A stretch of DNA of 38,501 nt, from the sequence record SRR2962707_1633, one strand, 5' to 3'. The translations under genes were made by a program, and so were the position numbers. Positions 16,049-23,476 of the stretch are shown here, one piece after another (position 1 is the first letter of the stretch; each line of letters starts with the position of its first letter). The notes under the pieces are model-generated. The model ran no database searches, was not told where the DNA came from, and saw only the letters and a program-made list of their open reading frames with translations.

Positions 16049-16893
16049 GCGGCTATTTCACTGAGGACACCTCGGTCGATGCTGTCAATTCACGGATGGG
16101 GCCGGACGTCAGCCCGCGGCTTGCCAAGGTGATGACGGCGCTCGTCAGGCATTTGCATGAGTTTGCCAAGGAGGTTGAGCTTACCGAGCAGGAGTGGGAA
16201 ATCGGCATCGACTTTTTGACCCGGACGGGCGGCATCTGCAGCCCCGAGCGGCAGGAATTCATCTTGCTGTCCGATACGCTGGGGTTTTCCATGCTTGTCG
16301 ATGCCATCAACAATCGTCGTCCCGAGGGGGCAACGGAAAACACCGTATTCGGGCCGTTTCATGTGGAGGGCGCGCCCGTGCGGGCCATGGGCGACAGCAT
16401 CAGTCTCGACGGCAAGGGCGAACCTTGTCTTTATGAGGGGCGGGTGCTCGATCTCGACGGGCGGCCGATCGCCGGGGCGAAGATCGATGTCTGGTGCGAC
16501 AATGAAGATGGCTTTTACGACGTGCAGCAGCCCGATGTGCAGCCGAAATGGAACAATCGCGGCGTCTTTTTAACCGGGCCGGACGGGCGTTACAGCTTTG
16601 TCGGCATCAAGCCGGTTTCCTATCCCATCCCCGACGATGGGCCGGTGGGGCAGATGCTGACCGCGCTGGGGCGCCATCCGTTCCGGCCCGCCCATATGCA
16701 TTATCTGGTCACCGCTCCGGGTTTTGAAAAGCTGGTGACCCATACCTTTGTGGGCGGCGATCCCTACCTGGATTCCGACACGGTGTTCGGGGTCAAGAAG
16801 TCGCTGATTGCTCCGTTCGAAGCGGTCGAGGGCGGCGGAACGCGCTGGCGTTCGCCGTTCGATTTTGTCCTGACACCGGCCGGCGGCAACTGA
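16045..16893 (+). CDS. Hydroxyquinol 1,2-dioxygenase-type intradiol ring-cleavage dioxygenase
   Basis: RQEFILLSDTLG, TENTVFGPFH; Fe ligands in GFYDVQ, SYPIPDDGPVG and RPAHMH; adjacent to maleylacetate reductase. Confidence 0.88.
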   Translation: MSGYFTEDTSVDAVNSRMGPDVSPRLAKVMTALVRHLHEFAKEVELTEQEWEIGIDFLTRTGGICSPERQEFILLSDTLGFSMLVDAINNRRPEGATENTVFGPFHVEGAPVRAMGDSISLDGKGEPCLYEGRVLDLDGRPIAGAKIDVWCDNEDGFYDVQQPDVQPKWNNRGVFLTGPDGRYSFVGIKPVSYPIPDDGPVGQMLTALGRHPFRPAHMHYLVTAPGFEKLVTHTFVGGDPYLDSDTVFGVKKSLIAPFEAVEGGGTRWRSPFDFVLTPAGGN

Positions 16894-16959
16894 TGGAGTG
16901 GTTGCGTTCGATGTCGGTCGACCGACATCATGGCGCCATGGATTCGCAGGAGATCGCCA

Positions 16960-17670
16960 ATGACCTTGTCCCGGCACGCAATTGAAACGCTCAAGGGCGT
17001 TTCGACCGCCACGCTGACCACCGTGCTGCTCAAAAAGGGGCTGCGCAATGTGTGGATCCGCAACGCCAGGCCAATCCGGCCATCAATGCCAAGGATCGTC
17101 GGGCCCGCCTTTACGCTGCGCTTCGTTCCTGCGCGTGAGGACCTTGCAACCCCGGCAAGCTGGGGTTCTCCGATCTCGACCCGCGCTGCCATCGAGGACA
17201 TGCCCGAGGGCGCCGTTGTGGTTGCCGATGCCATGGGCGTATCCGACGCCGGCATCTTTGGCGATATTCTGTGTTTGCGCATGGCAAAGAGGGGTGTTGC
17301 CGCGCTGGTCACCGATGGGATGATGCGGGACGCAGTGGGCGTCCACTCCACACATCTGCCTGTCTGGTGCAATGGCATTTCGGCGCCGCCATCGGTGGCC
17401 GGGCTGACCTTTGTGGGCTGGCAGGAAACCATCGGCTGCGGCGGGGTGGCGGTGATCCCGGGGGACGTCATCGTCGTCGATGACGACGGTGCCGTCGTGA
17501 TCCCGCAGGCGCTGCTCGATGCTGTGTTGATCGAGGCGCCCGAGCAGGAAGCCATGGAAGCCTGGATCATGACCGAGGTCGACCGCGGCGTGCCGCTGCC
17601 TGGCCTCTATCCCATGAACGAAGAGACCAAGACGCGCTACGAGGCGTTCAAGGCTGGACGGCAGCTCTAG
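16960..17670 (+). CDS. RraA / HMG-CHA aldolase family protein
   Basis: ATG 16960 after AGGAG; VSTATLTTVL, GPAFTLRFVPARED, GIFGDIL, VTDGMMRD, GDVIVVDDDGAVVIP. Confidence 0.85.
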   Translation: MTLSRHAIETLKGVSTATLTTVLLKKGLRNVWIRNARPIRPSMPRIVGPAFTLRFVPAREDLATPASWGSPISTRAAIEDMPEGAVVVADAMGVSDAGIFGDILCLRMAKRGVAALVTDGMMRDAVGVHSTHLPVWCNGISAPPSVAGLTFVGWQETIGCGGVAVIPGDVIVVDDDGAVVIPQALLDAVLIEAPEQEAMEAWIMTEVDRGVPLPGLYPMNEETKTRYEAFKAGRQL

Positions 17671-18074
17671 TTGCTGGCGCCCAACAGGCGCGTCGCGAAA
17701 TAGCCGGCGGTCGCGGCGGTGCCGGTGAGCGCGGCGCCCCAGAGGATATCGATGATGGTGACCGAAACCGACCAGTCCCGGATGGTCGCGAGATTGGTCA
17801 TGTCGTAGGTGCCATAGGCCACAAGGCCCAAAATGGCGCCGGCGATCAGGGCCTGTGTCCAGTTGCCCGATTGCATGGCCGGGGCGACGGCGAAGTAAAC
17901 GATGCCCCCGATATAGAACAGGTAGAAGGCACCGGCCGCGGCGAGATTGGGCTGGTCGAGCAGGACGTGGCCGATCTGTTCGCGGTAAAAGCCGAAAGCA
18001 ACCCGCGACAGCCAGATATAGTCGATGGCGAAAAAGACGATGGCCGTTCCGATGTAAGCGACGACGTACGGCAT
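17667..18074 (-). CDS. DUF2177-family membrane protein
   Basis: Probable ATG 18074 after GAGGG; IDYIWL, FYLFYIGGIVYFAV, GLVAYGTYDMTNLATIRDWS, DILWG; last gene of the rpoE-chrR operon. Confidence 0.85.
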   Translation of the reverse strand: MPYVVAYIGTAIVFFAIDYIWLSRVAFGFYREQIGHVLLDQPNLAAAGAFYLFYIGGIVYFAVAPAMQSGNWTQALIAGAILGLVAYGTYDMTNLATIRDWSVSVTIIDILWGAALTGTAATAGYFATRLLGASN

Positions 18075-18082
18075 GTGATCCC

Positions 18083-18742
18083 TCATATCCCCAGCACTGG
18101 CTGGAACAGGCGCACGATCCAGCTCTTGAACTTGAGCGGCGCTTCGGTGACGGCAAGACAGATGCAATCGGCATCGTCGGTCGCGACAGGCTGATGGGTC
18201 AGGCTGCCATCGGCGATCTCGATGTCGCCGCGGGTGAACGTTCCGTCCTCATCACTAAAGGCGCCGGACAAAACCAGTGTCATTTCCATGCCGCGATGGG
18301 TGTGTTCGGGCACGGGCTTGCCGGCCGGAATGCGCAGCAGACGCGCAACAGCGCGGCCATCGCGTGTAGGGATGATGAACTGGGCGGCGCCCGGCATGGC
18401 CTTCCAGCGGATGGCGTCGACGTCCGAGCCCACGTAGGAGCGCAAGGGTTCAGGCAGGATTGGGGCCGACCCGCCTGCGCTGCCGCGGCGCGCAGGCTTT
18501 GCGGTGGGCAACGGGGCGCCGGCGATCCGTGTCCTCAACGACTGCCAGCTGGCATCAGTATCGGTGGCCGGTTCGATATCCTCGAGCAGCGCGCCACCTG
18601 TACCCTCGATCATGGCGTAGCGCTCGCGACAGGCGGGGCAGATGGCCAGATGGGTGGCCACGGCGAGCGAAAAGCCCTCGGCGAGCGTGCCTGCGGCATG
18701 GTCGAGCAGGATGTCTTCTTCGAGGTGGTGGACGATGCTCAT
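18083..18742 (-). CDS. chrR: Anti-sigma factor ChrR (ZAS + cupin)
   Basis: HHLEEDILLDHAAG, HLAICPAC zinc motif, cupin PEHTHRGMEMTLVLSGAFSDE..HQP..CICL. Confidence 0.93.
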   Translation of the reverse strand: MSIVHHLEEDILLDHAAGTLAEGFSLAVATHLAICPACRERYAMIEGTGGALLEDIEPATDTDASWQSLRTRIAGAPLPTAKPARRGSAGGSAPILPEPLRSYVGSDVDAIRWKAMPGAAQFIIPTRDGRAVARLLRIPAGKPVPEHTHRGMEMTLVLSGAFSDEDGTFTRGDIEIADGSLTHQPVATDDADCICLAVTEAPLKFKSWIVRLFQPVLGI

Positions 18743-19428
18743 GACCGATCCTCCAGCGCTGTGCGCAGCTTGGCGAAGGCGAGACGGATACGGGATTTGA
18801 CAGTGCCCAGCGGCAGGCCGAGTTTCTCGGAAATCGAGCCGTGGGAAGCTTCCTCAAAAAACGAAAGCTTCAAGAGCTCGAGCTGTTCGGGGGGAAGGGT
18901 CTCCATGGCACGGTGCAGCCGGTCGGCATCTTCGTTCATGTCGAAAGCCGCATCGGCGGGCGTGATCTCGGCGGGAACGAAGGCCGGGTCGTTGGGGTCG
19001 AAATCGGGCCGGTTGGCCTTGCGCCAGTGATCGATGCGCTGGTTGCGCGCTATGGTAAAGATCCACGTCGAGACGTTGCCCTTGTCGGGGCTGTATAGGG
19101 CGGCCTTGTTCCAGACCGCCACCATGGTTTCCTGCATCAATTCCTCGGCGAGCTGCCCGTCGCGGCAGAGTTTGGCCATGTAGGCGCGCACGCGGGGGCC
19201 GTAGTAACGAAACAGCTCTTCAAAAGCGGCGACGTCGCGCGATGTGGCGACGGCAAACAGTTTCTGGCGCATCAGGATATTGAGCGCCTTCTTGTCATTG
19301 AGATCGACGGCCATCTTGTCGGTACGCGCAACTCCTCTGGGGGCTGGACGCACAGCATATTCGCGCTGCGCCGCCAAGGGCTTTGAAGTTTGGCACGTGG
19401 CCGGATCGATTGAAAGCACTGTCGTCAT
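18739..19428 (-). CDS. rpoE: ECF sigma factor RpoE (ChrR-regulated type)
   Basis: RDVAAFEELFRYYGPRV, AEELMQETM, WIFTIARNQRID, GLPLGTVKSRIRLA; stop overlaps chrR. Start is 19428 or 19314. Confidence 0.9.
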   Translation of the reverse strand: MTTVLSIDPATCQTSKPLAAQREYAVRPAPRGVARTDKMAVDLNDKKALNILMRQKLFAVATSRDVAAFEELFRYYGPRVRAYMAKLCRDGQLAEELMQETMVAVWNKAALYSPDKGNVSTWIFTIARNQRIDHWRKANRPDFDPNDPAFVPAEITPADAAFDMNEDADRLHRAMETLPPEQLELLKLSFFEEASHGSISEKLGLPLGTVKSRIRLAFAKLRTALEDRS

Positions 19429-19437
19429 GCTTGGATT

Positions 19438-19463
19438 TACGGCAGCACGAAGGGGGCGGATCA
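19438..19463 (-). promoter_or_regulatory. SigmaE-dependent autoregulatory promoter TGATCC-N15-CCGTA
   Basis: Matches the Rhodobacter-type RpoE consensus (TGATCC...CGTA); ends 9 nt before ATG 19428. Confidence 0.8.
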
Positions 19464-19495
19464 CCGGGACCTGAAGAAAAAATCCCGTCGCGGGT

Positions 19496-19521
19496 GCATC
19501 CGAATTGGCGTTGGGCTCGTA
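19496..19521 (+). promoter_or_regulatory. Divergent sigmaE-type promoter GCATCC-N15-TCGTA
   Basis: Same spacing as the rpoE promoter, upstream of homologues of known RpoE-regulon genes; the -35 is degenerate. Confidence 0.65.
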
Positions 19522-19553
19522 CCTAATGAAAAGCAACAAGGACAAGCCGACCA

Positions 19554-20909
19554 ATGTATCTCGATGCTGGCCCCAAGGGACCAAAAGGCACAAAGCGTAT
19601 CGCTGTTATCGGAAGCGGAATTTCGGGACTTTCGGCCGCCTGGCTGATGAGCCAGACCCACGACGTTACGCTCTATGAGGCCGACTCGCGGATCGGGGGG
19701 CACTCCAATACGGTCGATGTCGATTACGATGGCAAGACGATCCCGGTCGATACCGGGTTCATCGTCTATAACGAGGCCAACTATCCCAACCTCGTTGCCA
19801 TGTTTGACCATCTGGGGGTGCAAACGGCGCTGTCGTGGATGTCGTTTGGGGCTTCGATCGATGGCGGGGTGTTTGAATATTGCTCAGACCCGCTGGGGCT
19901 TATCGGGCAGAAATCGAACGTAGTGCGTCCACGCTTCTGGCGGATGCTCTCGGACGTCGTGAAATTTTCCCGCTCGCACCGGGAAATCCTGGCCGATGGC
20001 AGTCTCGCGCATGTCGGTCTGGCTGATTATCTGGCGGAAAACGGGTACTCTGAAAGCTATATCCACGACCATATCCTGCCCATGGCAGCGGCGATCTGGT
20101 CGTCATCGGCCACCGATATTCGCAACTATCCCGTGCAGGCCTTTGTGCGGTTCTTTCTCAATCACGGATTGCTCGATCTCTACAACCGCCCGTTGTGGCG
20201 GACCGTCGAGGGCGGTAGCCGCGAATATGTTTCGCGTCTCGTGGCCGGCTACAAGGGCGCCGTGCGTCTTTCGACCGGGGTAAGCCGGATCGAGCGGCAT
20301 TCGGGCGTAGTGGAGGTGACCGACATACGCGGCCACAAGGACATCTTTACCGATGTCTTGATCGCCACCCATGCGGATCAGGCGCTCGCGATGCTCGCCA
20401 ACCCCGATCAGGACGAGCGGGCAGTGCTGGGCGCATTCGAATACACGCACAACAAGGCCGTGCTGCACACTGACCGGCGCCTGATGCCCAAGCGCAAATC
20501 GGTATGGTCGAGCTGGAATTATATCGGCGAGCGCGAATGGGACGGGGATAGCCCGCTTTGCGTTACCTACTGGATGAACAAGCTGCAGAATATCGACAAG
20601 AAATACCCCCTGTTCGTGACGCTCAACCCCAGCCGCGAGATCGATCCGGCGACGGTCTTTGAGACGTTCGATTACACGCATCCGCTTTTCGACCAGAAAG
20701 CCATGGCGGCGCAAAAAGAGCTGTGGCGCCTGCAGGGGCGCGGTGGCGTCTGGTTTGCCGGTGCGCATTTTGGTTCGGGCTTCCACGAGGACGGCTTGCA
20801 GGCCGGCCTTGCGGCGGCGGAAGATCTGGCCGGGGTGCAACGTCCCTGGGCGGTGGACAATGCCTCGGGTCGTATCCATATCAACACCGAAAGGGTGGCC
20901 GCTGAATGA
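19554..20909 (+). CDS. FAD-dependent oxidoreductase, RSP_1091/UfaD-like fatty acyl desaturase
   Basis: IAVIGSGISGLSAAW, GGHSNT, VDTGFIVYNEANYPNL, PMAAAIWS, WSSWNY, GFHEDG; paired with DUF1365 next to rpoE-chrR. Confidence 0.85.
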   Translation: MYLDAGPKGPKGTKRIAVIGSGISGLSAAWLMSQTHDVTLYEADSRIGGHSNTVDVDYDGKTIPVDTGFIVYNEANYPNLVAMFDHLGVQTALSWMSFGASIDGGVFEYCSDPLGLIGQKSNVVRPRFWRMLSDVVKFSRSHREILADGSLAHVGLADYLAENGYSESYIHDHILPMAAAIWSSSATDIRNYPVQAFVRFFLNHGLLDLYNRPLWRTVEGGSREYVSRLVAGYKGAVRLSTGVSRIERHSGVVEVTDIRGHKDIFTDVLIATHADQALAMLANPDQDERAVLGAFEYTHNKAVLHTDRRLMPKRKSVWSSWNYIGEREWDGDSPLCVTYWMNKLQNIDKKYPLFVTLNPSREIDPATVFETFDYTHPLFDQKAMAAQKELWRLQGRGGVWFAGAHFGSGFHEDGLQAGLAAAEDLAGVQRPWAVDNASGRIHINTERVAAE

Positions 20910-21688
20910 GCGATGGCGCGATCTATGCTGGAGAGGTTGTGCATGTGCGGCACCGGCCGCGCGAGCATACGCTCCGCTATCGCGTTTTTTCGCTGCTTCT
21001 CGATCTTGACCGGCTCGAGGCGCTCGACAAAAGGCTCAGGCTGTTCTCCCACAACCGGTTCGGCGTGTTCAGCTTCCGCGACGCCGACCATGGTGATAGT
21101 GAACCGGGTGGCTTGCGACGATGGGCCGGGCGGCTGCTGGCCGATGCGGGAATTGCGGGCGAAGATCTCAAGATCGAAATGCTCTGCTATCCGCGGATTT
21201 TTGGCTATGTTTTCAACCCGATTACAGTTTATTTTTGCTCGGACGTCCGGGGGTTGCGGGCCATCCTTTATGAGGTGTGCAACACGTTTTACGAGCGGCA
21301 CACCTATGTGATCCCGATCAGCGATCATGCCGAAGGCGCGGTGCGCCAATCCTGCGCCAAGGAACTTTATGTTTCGCCCTTCGTGCCGATGCAGGCGCAA
21401 TACGACTTCAAGATCACGCCGCCCAGCGACAAAGTTCAGATCGTCATCAATGAAAGCGATAATGAGGGCGCGCTGCTCTATGCGGCGTTTACCGGCAAAC
21501 GCGAGGAACTGAGCGACAAGAGCCTGGGGCGTGCGCTGTTGCGCTATCCGCTGATGACGCTGAAGATCATGGGCGGCATCCATTGGGAGGCGCTCAAGCT
21601 CTGGCTCAAGGGTACCCCCGTATTCATGCACGAAAAGGCGCAGGACAAGATTTCCCACTCGGTGATCGGGACGGCGCCGGCCGAATAG
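20906..21688 (+). CDS. DUF1365-family protein, RSP_1090/UfaO-like
   Basis: VHVRHRPREH, PRIFGYVFNPITVYFC, EVCNTFYERHTY, KELYVSPF, IHWEALKLWLKG. Confidence 0.9.
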   Translation: MSDGAIYAGEVVHVRHRPREHTLRYRVFSLLLDLDRLEALDKRLRLFSHNRFGVFSFRDADHGDSEPGGLRRWAGRLLADAGIAGEDLKIEMLCYPRIFGYVFNPITVYFCSDVRGLRAILYEVCNTFYERHTYVIPISDHAEGAVRQSCAKELYVSPFVPMQAQYDFKITPPSDKVQIVINESDNEGALLYAAFTGKREELSDKSLGRALLRYPLMTLKIMGGIHWEALKLWLKGTPVFMHEKAQDKISHSVIGTAPAE

Positions 21689-21806
21689 GTATCAGCGCGT
21701 GTCATCGATCCATCACCAATCGGCGTTTTGACCGAAGCAGTGCTTCCTTTAAGCTCGGTGCAAATCGACCCTCGAAGGTCGAACATCATGCAAAGAGGAA
21801 ACATCC

Positions 21807-23300
21807 ATGTCCCATGCCGACATTCTTTCAGCCGCAATGCTGGATGCTGCCGATCTGACGGGCGGCGCGCTCAAGGTGCATTCGCCGGTTGACGGCGCGC
21901 TGATCGGAGAGGTCGCCACCCATTCTGGCGCCGAAGTCGAGGCGATGATCGCAACGGCCAAAGCAGCGTTCGCTGACTGGAAGCTGGTGCCGGCGCCGCG
22001 GCGGGGGGAATTGATCCGGCTGTTCGGTGAGGAATTGCGCAATGCCAAGGACGCGTTGGGCGCGTTGGTGTCGCTCGAGGCGGGCAAGATTTTTCAGGAA
22101 GGTCTGGGCGAAGTACAGGAGATGATCGATATCTGCGATCTGGCAGTGGGCCAGTCGCGGCAGTTGTTCGGGCTGACCATCGCGTCGGAGCGCCCCGGCC
22201 ACTCGATGCGGGAAACCTGGCATCCGCTGGGCGTCGTTGGCGTGATCTCGGCCTTTAATTTTCCCGTGGCGGTGTTTGCCTGGAATTTCGCCCTGGCGGC
22301 AATTTGCGGCAACACGGTCATCTGGAAACCATCGGAAAAGACGCCGCTGACGGCGCTGGCGGTCAAGAAGATCTTCGACAAGGCGGCGGCGCGGTTTGGC
22401 GATGCGCCCGCGGGCTTGCTGCATGTCGCCATCGGTGGAGCCGATGTGGGCGAAGCGTTGACCGGGTCGAAGGACGTGCCGCTGATTTCAGCGACCGGGT
22501 CGACGCGGATGGGGCAGATCGTGGGGCCAAAGGTTGCCGAGCGGTTCGGCAAGAGCGTCCTGGAACTCGGCGGTAACAACGCGATGATTGTTGCGCCCTC
22601 TGCCGATCTGGACAACGCGGTTCGGGCCATCGTCTTTTCGGCGGTGGGCACGTGCGGGCAGCGCTGTACCAGCCTGCGCCGGCTGATCGTGCATGAGGAT
22701 GTGCGTGACGAGCTGGTTGAAAAACTCAAATCCGTTTACGGCAAACTGCCGATCGGCAGCCCCTTGGAAGAGGGCGTTCTGGTCGGGCCGCTGATCGACA
22801 AGCAGGCTTATGACGGCATGCAGCACGCGCTTGAAAAGGCGAAGACTGAAGGCGGCAAGGTGACCGGCGGAGAGCGCGTGGATGGTGTCGCGGGCGGGCA
22901 TTACGTGCGCCCGGCCATTGTCGAGATGGTCGAACAGACCGGCATCGTCAAGCACGAGACCTTCGCGCCGATCCTTTACGTTCTCACCTACCGCACGCTT
23001 GATGAAGCGATTGCCTTGCAGAATGACGTGCCGCAGGGGCTGTCGAGCTGCATCTTTTCGACCGATGTGCGCGAGACCGAAACTTTCCTTTCGGCGGCGG
23101 GGTCCGATTGCGGCATCGCCAACGTCAATATCGGGCCTTCGGGGGCTGAGATCGGCGGGGCGTTCGGCGGTGAAAAGGAAACCGGCGGCGGGCGCGAGAG
23201 CGGGTCCGATGCCTGGAAGGCCTATATGCGGCGCCAGACCAATACGGTCAATTATTCGCGCGAATTGCCGCTGGCGCAGGGCATCAAGTTCGATATCTAG
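21807..23300 (+). CDS. ALDH7-family aldehyde dehydrogenase (piperideine-6-carboxylate / alpha-aminoadipate semialdehyde dehydrogenase-like)
   Basis: GEVQEMIDICD, ISAFNFPVAV, LELGGNNA, GQRCT, SGAEIGGAFGGEKETGGGRESGSDAWKAYMRR. Confidence 0.92.
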   Translation: MSHADILSAAMLDAADLTGGALKVHSPVDGALIGEVATHSGAEVEAMIATAKAAFADWKLVPAPRRGELIRLFGEELRNAKDALGALVSLEAGKIFQEGLGEVQEMIDICDLAVGQSRQLFGLTIASERPGHSMRETWHPLGVVGVISAFNFPVAVFAWNFALAAICGNTVIWKPSEKTPLTALAVKKIFDKAAARFGDAPAGLLHVAIGGADVGEALTGSKDVPLISATGSTRMGQIVGPKVAERFGKSVLELGGNNAMIVAPSADLDNAVRAIVFSAVGTCGQRCTSLRRLIVHEDVRDELVEKLKSVYGKLPIGSPLEEGVLVGPLIDKQAYDGMQHALEKAKTEGGKVTGGERVDGVAGGHYVRPAIVEMVEQTGIVKHETFAPILYVLTYRTLDEAIALQNDVPQGLSSCIFSTDVRETETFLSAAGSDCGIANVNIGPSGAEIGGAFGGEKETGGGRESGSDAWKAYMRRQTNTVNYSRELPLAQGIKFDI

Positions 23301-23476
23301 GTCCGGCTCGGGCTTTCGTTTTGTCGCGTTTCCCGCAAGGCCCGGTTAACCCTCGGGCCCGTCGCCTTGTGTGGCGCGGGGAAAAACAGACTTCGTTAAT
23401 CTCTGGGTCTTCACACTCTCTCGTACGGGACGGCCCCTGGGTCGCCCGAACGGGGGAACCGATCCGGGATTGCAGA

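Noticed and set aside
21706-21730. GATCC...GCGTT as a third sigmaE promoter for the ALDH
   Set aside because: The spacer is too short and the -10 does not match CGTA.
23335-23400. Possible CtrA sites before the phosphodiesterase (GCAA-N7-TTAAC, GTTAAT)
   Set aside because: Half-site matches only; too weak without conservation data.
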